A DNA stretch of 64,000 bases from the human T2T-CHM13v2.0 reference genome, Homo sapiens. The notes beneath the pieces were generated by a model. It saw only the letters and a list, made by a program, of their open reading frames with translations. It was not told where the DNA came from and did not search any database. The position numbers were made by a program, and so were the translations under genes. Positions 52,390-64,000 of the stretch are shown piece after piece; position 1 is the first letter of the stretch, and each line of letters starts with the position of its first letter. The stretch lies in NCBI RefSeq assembly GCF_009914755.1, contig NC_060932.1. One strand, written 5' to 3'.

Positions 52390-52964
52390 TGTATTAGTTT
52401 TCTATTCCTGCATAACAAATTACCCCAAAACCTAGTGGCTCAAAGCAATGAGGATGTATTATATCGCAGTTCCTGTGAATCCACTACGTAGCTTGGCTGG
52501 ATGCCTCTAGCTCGGTCTCTCACAAGGCCACAAACAAGATACCAACTGATGCTGCAGTCATCTTTTGGCATTACTGAGGATGGTTCCACTTCTCAGCTCA
52601 TTCATATGGCTTTTGCAAAGATCTAGTTCTTTGGGTGGTTGAACTGAGGGCCTTGGTTCCTTGCTGACTCTTGTTTGGAGGTCAGCCTCAGTTCCTTGTC
52701 ACAGAGACCTCTCCTTAAGGCAGTTCACAACATGGCCTCTTGCTCCATTGGAGGGAACAAATGAGGGCAAGAGAGAGAGTGCAAGCAAGTGGAAAGTCAG
52801 TCCTTGATTACCTTATCTCAAAAATGACATCTTCATCCTGTTTGCCATATCCTGTTCTTTAGAAGCAAGTCACGTGGTTCAGCTCATACACAAAGGAGAG
52901 GGTTACACAAAGGGTGTGAATATGCAGAGGCCATCAGAGGCGACTGTAGATGCAGCCTACCATA
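52390..52964 (-). mobile_element. MaLR solo LTR (MLT1E/F-like) inserted in L1 ORF2
   Basis: TGTATTAGTTTTCTATT...GCATAACAAATTACCCC...GCCTACCATA; the L1 sequence resumes at AAAAAGCATT. Confidence 0.85.
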
Positions 52965-55119
52965 TACCTAAAAAGCATTCCACAAAATTCAAAACCCATT
53001 TATGATTTTAAAAAGTTAACAGCAAAGTAGTAGTAGAATGGAATTTCCTCAATCTGATAAAGAGCATCCATTGAAAAACTATAGCTAGCATTATACTTTA
53101 TGATGATATATTAAATATGTTTCCCCTCACAGCAGAAAAAAGGCCAGAATACATTATCTTACCACTTTTATTCAACATTGTACTGGAGTTTGGCCAGTGT
53201 AATAAGACATACAACTGTCTTTGTGGAAAAGAAGAAGTAAAACTCTTTATTCACAGATAACAGGAATCTATAAAAATTTAGTTACATTCCTATAAATAAG
53301 CAACCCATAACTGGAAAATAAAATTTTAAAATATTCCCCTTTAAAATAGTATTCCAAGCATTAAATACTTTGGAATAAAATTAATAAGAGATGAAAAATA
53401 TAATACATACTTTAAAACATTTTTGAGAGTAATTTTAAAAGACTCAATCAATTATACCATATTCATGGACTAGAAGACTCAACATTAAGTATCACCTGTT
53501 CCCAAATTTATCTAAAGATTTAGCATAATACTCACCAAACTCCCAGCAGGTTTTTTTTGTAGCCATTGATAAGCTGATTCTAAAATCTGTATGAAGATAT
53601 AAAGGAGTTAGAATATACAACACAAATTTGTAAACAAAATCAAGGGCTTTTGCTATGTGACCTTAACACTCACTATAAGCTACAGTAATCAAGAAATTAT
53701 ATTATTAAATTATTAAAGAAATTATATTATTAAAATAATGATAAAGAAAAAGCATATCAATGAAACAAAATAGTCCAAAAATACACCTACATGTTTATAG
53801 TCAATTTATTTGCAATGAAGATATGATGATAATTCATCAAAGAAATACAATCTTTTCAACAAATGATGCTAGATGAATTGGATGTGCATATAAAGAAATT
53901 GATTAGATATCTAAACATAAAAGCAGATATTATAAAACTTTTAGAAGAAAATATACGAAAAAGCCTTTGTGACTTTAAGGTAGGTGAAAATTTCTTAAAC
54001 AGGAGTCAAAAAGCAAACTATTAAAATATTAATAGTTATTTGTTGGTCTTTATTAAAATTAATAACTTCTTTTCAAATAACACTGTTAAGGAAATGAAAA
54101 GGCAACCACATACCAGGAGAAAATATCTTTAGTAATATACCTGACAAAAGACTTGTATCCAGAATATATAAGGCATTCTCATAATTCAGTAATAAACCAG
54201 ACAACCTAATGAAACAAATATGCAAAAAACTTAAACAGAAACCTCAGGGAAGATTTACAAATGACCAATAAGTACATGAAGGATGCATGCCACCACTCAT
54301 CAGAAAAATGCAAATAAAAGCAAAATGGGATACCAGTTCATACTCACTAGATTGAAGTCTTAAAGCTGAAAATACCAAGTGTTGTGGATGATGTGGAGCA
54401 ACTGGAACTCTCATATATTCCTTGTGGGATTGTAATATAATACATCTACTTTGGAAAAGAATTATATACACATCCACTTAATGACTTGGAAATTCTAAGC
54501 CTAGCTATTTTCTGAAGACAAATAAAAACATACATGCATAAAATCTTGTGTACAAATTTTCACAGCAGCTTTATTTATAATAGCCCCAGACTCGAAAAAA
54601 CTCAAATGTTCATCAAGAGGTAAATGGAAATAGGAAACATTGAAACATTGATTTTCAAATAATCTTTTTGGAATACCATGTATTATGGTATAGCCATACA
54701 ATAAGTTATTACTCAGTAATAAAAATGAAGAAAAGGCTTTCTTCACTGGAGTTAATCTCAAAAAGTTAAGTTGCATGAAAAAACTTGACACAAAAGAGTA
54801 CATAAGTACATCATTCCATTTACCTGAAGGTCTAGGACTAGTACATTTAAGCTATGGCAATAGAAATTGGATCACTGGGTACCCAAAACTTCTGAGAGTT
54901 TGACTTCAAAAGAGCCCCCAGGAACTTTCTGTGAATGATGTGTTCTGTATCTTAATTGGGGTAATGACTATGTGGGTGAATATATTTTCAAAACTCATTA
55001 AAGCAGTACTCTTAAATTATATTCGTCTGATCTTAAATTGATTTATAAAAAGAATATTTACAGATGCAGGGTATTTCTATTTCTTTGCATTATTTTGTTT
55101 CCTCTAAAGCAGCTTGTAC

Positions 55120-56460
55120 TTTACAGAAACTGCTCTCTTAATGAGTGTCTGTCAATGTCCTCCTAATTGCATATTTAATGGGCTGTTTATTCTTTGTTCC
55201 CCTTAAACTTTTGGGAGCATTTCACATTGTTACTTACTTCCATTTTCTTGAAACTCTTTTCTTGGTCTGATACCACACAAACCTACATTTTCTTCTGTTT
55301 CTCCAGTCAATTCTTCTCTGATATCTTTGAGGTTCTTCTTTCTCTTGCTCACTGAATATAGTTGTAGGCCATCTTCTCTTCTCCCTCTATATTCATTTTC
55401 TGGGTAATCTGATATTAATCCCATGACTTTAACTATCATTTCTATATGGAAATTTAAATCTATAGCTTCACTCCCTGCCCTTATTTCAGAACTCTAGTTC
55501 TACTATTTTAGCTGCCCTTTGAAGCCCAACTCGTTTATGGCAAATTCTGGACTTCAGATACCGTTGTATCTCCAGAGTCTCGCACGGTGTCAAGCATGGT
55601 ATCCGACTTATAGTTTGATGTAGAATTCATGGGTTTATTGGATATTAGGAGCGGTTAGGTGGTAAGTATGAAGGATGACCCCTAATTTATTATTTGGATA
55701 ACTGCAGAGATGATGGTTGTTAACTGAGACAGGGAATAAGGAAATAAGAGGCCATAGAAGCAAAGAAGGAAAATAAGAGAAGAATTAAGTGCAATTTTGA
55801 GCATGTTGAATTTGAGATCTCAAATGCATACTGATGTCAGAGTAAACTCCTAAAGTACAGTTTGATCATGACATGTCTTCCTTCTTCAAAAACCTTCAAT
55901 GATTTCCCACTGTTGATCAAGTCCATATCAAACTCCCTACCCTAGAATTTAAGATTTTCCACCATCTCTGGCTACCACCTGACTTTCTCACACAATCTCA
56001 GATCCTTCCCTTCTAACAGATCTGCTCTTCCCGCCCTCCTCACCCACGTGTGTATCAGACAGTGCCACCTACTGAGTAACACCTTCCTTCTGGAGAGCAC
56101 CCTCTCTCCAATCGACCAAATTCCTATCCATCCTTTAAGACTCAACTCAGACAGCATTTATACGATTAGAATAGTTTTCTCCAATTACCAGACAGAAATA
56201 CTCCTATTACTGAGGACATATCAATTTTGTCACATGTATTGACCACATAACATTCCTTCTTACTTGTGTGTAGCTATTTGTGTATGTTTTTATTACTCCT
56301 CCAAGACTTAAAGCTTTTAAGCCTTAAGTAGAGCTTTAAGGTACAGAATGTGTTTCATTTATATTTTCAATCCCTCCAAGTAACTAGCCCATCATGTGAC
56401 ATATAATAAGTGTTTAATAAATAATAAAATAAAAGACTACAATAGAAATGAATGAATAAT
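55120..56460. mobile_element. L2 LINE remnant(s), mixed orientation
   Basis: L2 motifs TCCCATGACTTTAACTATCAT, TGATCATG, AAAACCTTCAATGATTTCCCA and the 3' end TTTAATAAATA...ATGAATGAAT. Confidence 0.65.
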
Positions 56461-57487
56461 TGAAGGCATGAAGGAAGGAATAGTTGAAGTAGTTGAGAAT
56501 AATGGTTCCCTGGCTGTTTTTACATACTTGCCTGCAGCAATTTCTTAATAACTGTGCAGAATGTGCCTACACTGAAATAAGCACGTGTTCACTAGAAAAT
56601 GAGGCCAAAAAAATTCAGCTTGCCTGTATGACTATCAAAGTTTGAGCTAATTGATCCATGGCTTGGAGTTTGTAGCTGTTGGTCCCAGCTAGAGTTCTTG
56701 TGCCAATTAATAGACTAGACAGAGTGAAAATAGAAGCCAAGTGAAATGCTTATTCTTCTCCAGGCTCACTATATATAAATTATTAATGCTTCCTCATACT
56801 ACATTTGCCTTGAATATATTTAAATGTGAATACATTGGTAGAAGCAGAAAATAAATTTGTTTCCATCACTCCAATGTAATTTATAAAACTAACATTTATT
56901 ATATATTTCTGATTACAAAATAAATGTGTTCCTTGTAGAAAATTTGCAAAGTGTATAGAATCATAAAGATGAAATGAAAATCATTGATAAGGTCCCCTCT
57001 GTAATATAAATTTGTTAATATATTGGCATATATACTTTTAGGGTTTTTTTTAATGTTGTATGAAATACAAGCATCTTCTAACTTTGTTTTCTTAATACAT
57101 TTAGAATATTTTCTCTGTAATCAAGAATTCTTCATAGAATGTAACTTTCAATGTTTGCTGTATGCTCTAGCTTCTCAATAGGTCATGCAGTCAATTTGTT
57201 ATTGACCACTTAGCTTGTTTTGAACATTTCATGATTATACATAACTGATAGACATCCCTGGACCCAAAGCCTTAGCACCTCTTATTATATTTTTATAAGT
57301 TGTAGTTATGGAATCACTGAGTCAAATAGTGTGCACAGTGTTATGGTTTTTTCACACATATAGCTTGGCAGAAAGATTTTTGTTTTGTTTTGTTTTTAAT
57401 CAATTTACATTCCAATCCATATTATGTGAAATTTCCTATTTCCCCATATCCCCTTCACCAGTTTTATAGGTAAAAAATTGTACCTCA

Positions 57488-59612
<2,125 letters not shown>

Positions 59613-61372
59613 TAAAAATTACACCTCACGGTTGTTTAATTTACATTTACCTGAGTACTTTGTTAAATTTCCTTCCATCTCATAAACCCTTTATATTTCT
59701 TCTTTTGTCACTTGACAGCTTATATCTTTTGTCTCCTTTGTATTTATATTTGTAAGAACTATTTATTTATTGCAGTTATTAACTTTTTGCCATATATTAC
59801 AATAATATTTCCCCAGTTTTCATCTGCCTGTGAACTTCATTTTTGTGATTTTTTACATATAGAATTCTTTCATTTAATGTTGTGAAATACATTCTTTTTT
59901 TGATAAATTCTGCCTTTACGTGTATACAAGATTAATATGCTTTTTCATGTTACTTTATTTCAAATACTTTAACGTTTCAACTTATGGTTTATACTGAGAT
60001 GTTGTTGAGATAGAATTAATACTACTTTATTTTTTCCCTAAATAATTAGGTAATTCTCCTAGTGCTATTACTGAATAATTCCTTTCTTTGAATGATTTTA
60101 AACATCACCTTTATTGGTATCAAACTCTCACACATACTATTCTCCACTCTAGACTTTGTCTTTTGTTTCAATTATCTGTTTATCTGAAAGGACACTTTTT
60201 CATTATTGTAGAATTTCAATGTGTCTAAATATTTACTAATGTCATTCCACCCTTCTTCTTTTTTAGAAGATTTATTGACTCTTCCATTTATTTTTCTAGA
60301 TAAACTTTAAAAATGATTAACTCAGGTTCCAGAAAGGTCCTTTTAGGATTTGTTAGAATCTCATTGATTCATTCATTAAATAACTGCTGACTGACAACTT
60401 GCAAAATCATATCTACCCATCCAGAAACATGATTTTGATCCATCTTTTCTTTAGTCCGTAAAGTTTTCTTATGCATTAAGCAATTTTTAAACATCATATT
60501 TATGTCTGGGAATCTCATTTTGTTGTTGTTCCTGTCATGAATGGAGTCTTATTTCATTATATTTCTAACAGAGTATTGCTAGTATAATGCATATTTATTT
60601 TATAACTGGCCAATTTAGTGAATTATCTTGTAAGACCTAGGAAGCTCACTTCCTTCTCACATTCTTAGGAATATCACCTACAAATATTTGTCTTTTAGTT
60701 GTGCCATCTTTTTCTTTATGATTTTGTGAGAGTCTTTTTAAATTCTCAATATTGATCTTTCATTGGCTTTTAACCATCTAGATCCTATACCATATATATA
60801 TATATATGTTCCTATACCATATATATATCATGTATAAGATACACACACTCACATATATAGATATATATATATATATTTTTCCTCCTAGTTGTCATCCAGC
60901 AACTAACTGCATGCATGGTATACTTCATTGAACAGAATTCTTTCATTTTGGTGTAGTCAATTTCACTAAAATTTCACCTTAAAATTTGTGGTTGTGGAGT
61001 CTCATTTAAAAGTATCCGGCTCCACCCCTAGGTAAGATTTACTTCAACATCTTTACCAGCTTTATAGTTTCACATTCTTATCTTGATTTTTAATCCATTT
61101 GGTATAGATTTTTGCAAATAGTACAAGGTAAGCTTTCTTCCTCCTGTGAGCCAGTTTTACCAACACCATCAATTAGACAATCCATTCTTTCTACATCAAT
61201 TTATACCACCTCCTTGATAAACCACCAATATATACACAGAGTGTAAAGTTGATTTAGCTTTTCACGACCTTTCATTCTTACATATAAAATTTAAAATAAA
61301 TTATTAAGCTCCTAAAAAAAAATCCTGCTGGAATGTCAGTTGGCCAGTTTAGTGAATTCTCAGTGAGGATCG

Positions 61373-61497
61373 CTCCAGTGATCCTTCTGCCTCAGTCTTC
61401 TGAGTAGCTGGGACTACAGGTGCATGCCACCATGCCTGGCTAAGTTTATTTAAAAAAATTTTGTAGAGACAGGGTCTTGCTTTGTTGCTCAGGCTGG
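61373..61497 (-). mobile_element. Internal AluJ fragment (no tail, no 5' end, no TSD)
   Basis: Covers only the middle of the Alu across the A-rich linker. Confidence 0.85.
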
Positions 61498-62264
61498 ATA
61501 AATAAGTATTTTAATTTAATTTATGAAGTGCTTTCTCTGCATCTACCTTTGATATGGTAAATTGTACTGATAGATTTTCTAATGTTAAATCACCCTTACA
61601 AATTAGGATAAAATCTATTGATCAAGATCCATATGTTGGCTTTAGTTAGCTAATATTTTATTTAAAATGTGTGTATCTAGGTGCATGTGAAATGGTTTAT
61701 AATTTATTTATCTCTTTCCTTATACTCATTCCTCTCTTCATTTTGTTGTTGTTATCTAGAATTTTAATTCTGAGTTGTAATGGATATATGATAAATTTAT
61801 TACAGTCAATCCTTCGTTTATATTATAACTATTCTCCTCAACTTCTTACTTTTCTTACTGGAATACTTTCTCTAGGAGTATTTCCGAAGAGGTATTTGTA
61901 GCAAACCATTTTATGCCAAAAAAAAAATCTTTATTACATGCTTATATCTAAATGGTGGTTTCTGTGGATATAAAATTCTAGGCTTTAAGATAATTTCTTC
62001 CAACATTTTGAAAATATTTCTCTATTGCTGCCTGCCTTTGGTCTTGTAATTAGTCTGATGTCAAAGTGATTCTTGCTTTTCAGTAGGTGAGCCACTGCTT
62101 TTTTCTGGAATCTTTTGGAAATACCTCTTTGGCTTTAATGTTCTGAAGTTTTATAATTTTATTTAGTGCAGGAGAGCTTTATATTTACTCTGCATTTATT
62201 TTTAATCTGAAAGTGATATTTTTTGAAATCTGGAAAATCCAGTTATTTCTTCTCAACTGTGTTT

Positions 62265-62265
<1 letters not shown>

Positions 62266-62329
<64 letters not shown>
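62266..62329. repeat. (TA)n microsatellite
   Basis: About 28 uninterrupted TA units after one CA. Confidence 0.97.
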
Positions 62330-62331
<2 letters not shown>

Positions 62332-63096
62332 TTTTTTCTTCCCCTGGCATTTCAATATATGCATATTTTTTGTTAATACTTTCTTGGTGCCTTCTAGGAA
62401 GAGTTCTTTAATATGATCTTAAAATGATTATGTCTCCATTCATGCTATTAACTGAATTATTTCCATTGTATTTCTCATGCGTAATACGTGCAGATGATTC
62501 TTCATGACTTCTTCCTCCTTCAGTGTTGAAAGTGTCCTCTTTTATGTTCCTCTTTCATGTTTTGAACAACCTCTCTTGTCTCACTGATGATAGGTATTTT
62601 AAATTCTTGCTCTGTTCTGACGCTTTCTGTTGGTTTCATTTGTCCAGGTTGCCTTCTTTCTTATAACTGCCATGAAGATGTCTTGTGATTGTTTCTAGCA
62701 AACTCACAGTCTCCTGGGGAAGTTTGATCTTCTTGGTTCATGAAGCAAACCCCAGGAAAGGAGTTAGAGATCAGGTCCCAGCGTGTGTGCTCTCCAGAGG
62801 AGAAACACTTTAGCTCTGTTGCTTGTCTCTCTCTTTGCCCTGGCTGTGCCTTTTCAGGAGCTGTAATCCTGTAGGTACTGAGATGTGGGTGGTTGGGTGT
62901 TGGGGGAATCCTGAGTGGTTAGCTGCAGTCCTTTCTGGAGAGGCTGATGCACCACCCTGATTTTTCACTCTCCCTTTATTGCTGGGCTGGGACTCCACAC
63001 TGCTGCTGTATTTGATGTTACATATGAGGTTCTGCCTGCAGCAATGAAGACACTAGCCCTGGAGAGATAAAAGGCACATTAAAAAAAAATTTCCAT

Positions 63097-63309
63097 CCAG
63101 TCTGGGCAACATGGTGAAACCTCGTCTCAATTACAAAAAATTAGCACGTGTGGTGGCATTTGCCTATGGTCCCAGCTAATCAGGAGGCTGAGGGGGTAGG
63201 ATCGCTTGAGCTCGGGACGTTGAGGCTGCAATGAGCTGTCATTGCACCACTGCACTCCAGTCTGGGCAACAGGTGAGACCCTGTCTCAAAAAAACAAAAA
63301 ACACACAAA
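63097..63309 (+). mobile_element. 5'-truncated AluJb-like
   Basis: Starts at CCAGTCTGGGCAACATGG; complete right arm and A-rich tail. Confidence 0.88.
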
Positions 63310-63564
63310 CTTTCCCTCGTCCTACCTGTGCTATGCAGCCCGCTTTTCATGTTGACTTTTATACTTGTCATGCCGGTTCATGCTGACTCACAGCCTCACC
63401 AGGACCCCAATCGCACACTGTTGCTCTGGAGTTGCTAGCATTTTATTTGTTTGTTTAACCACTCTGATTCACTAATTTCTCCCTAGCTTCTATGGGACAT
63501 GTATTCATAAGAGGAGGCCAACAACATTTGTTAGTGCTGCTATCCTGTCTGTTATGAATTTTAT

Positions 63565-63732
63565 TTTTTATTATTTTAATTTTAGAGATGAGGGTTCTTG
63601 CTCTGTTGCCCAGGCTAGAGTGCAGTGACCTCATCATAGCTCACTGCTCGCTATAGCCTCAAACCCCTGGACTCAAGGGATCCTCTCAACTCAGCTTCCT
63701 GAGTAGCTGAGATTAAGCCATTGTACTCTGCT
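63565..63732 (-). mobile_element. FRAM-like Alu monomer
   Basis: Right arm only; perfect 15-bp TSD TGTTATGAATTTTAT (63550-63564, 63733-63747). Confidence 0.88.
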
Positions 63733-64000
63733 TGTTATGAATTTTATATGTTGATCTCTTATCCAGTGTTCTTGATGAATCTTTATTAGTTTGCCTGCAG
63801 ATTTGATATTCAATGTAGAAAACTGTATTTTCTACAGATAATGTGAGTGATGTATCTTCCTTTACAATTCTTAAAATTTTCTTGTAATTAGAATATCTAG
63901 TGCAATATTAATAGTAGATTTGATATTGAGAATCATTGTGCTGTTCTTGGCTTTAATTAGAATAATATTTGCTTTTGGTTTTGGATACAGTTCTTAAAGA

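Larger units (their letters stand above)
59630..62600 (-). mobile_element. Ancient L1ME/MC remnants
   Basis: Degenerate antisense ORF2 motifs (CCAGTTTTACCAACACCAT; AAAAATCCTGCTGGAAT; GATAGATTTTCTAATGTTAAA). Confidence 0.6.

Overview
Primate, almost certainly human, DNA: it carries an AluYa5 with all five diagnostic bases and an L1PA2-type element. The window is AT-rich and dominated by transposon remnants, and I could not recognise a host protein-coding exon, tRNA, rRNA or CRISPR array. Main contents: a full-length but inactivated L1PA2-like LINE-1 (about 27.4-33.4 kb, minus strand), an older ~6.2-kb L1PA15-like element, 5'-truncated L1PA4, L1PA7, L1PA16 and L1MA copies with TSDs, about 16 Alu elements or fragments, MaLR/ERV LTRs, MIR/L2/MER3 relics and simple repeats. 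The long ORFs are L1 ORF1/ORF2 fragments; the remaining ORFs are mostly Alu, L1 or low-complexity read-through. Subfamily names come from remembered diagnostic positions, not a database search. I cannot demonstrate a new biological system. The best unexplained signal is a recurring set of locally templated insertions and repair-like scars: 10.0-10.3 kb, 22.2 kb, 27.0 kb, 46.1 kb, 49.0 kb, 49.6 kb and 61.3 kb. Also notable are a short apparent 3' transduction and a frameshifted antisense ORF0 in the young L1, and a probably polymorphic AluYa5.
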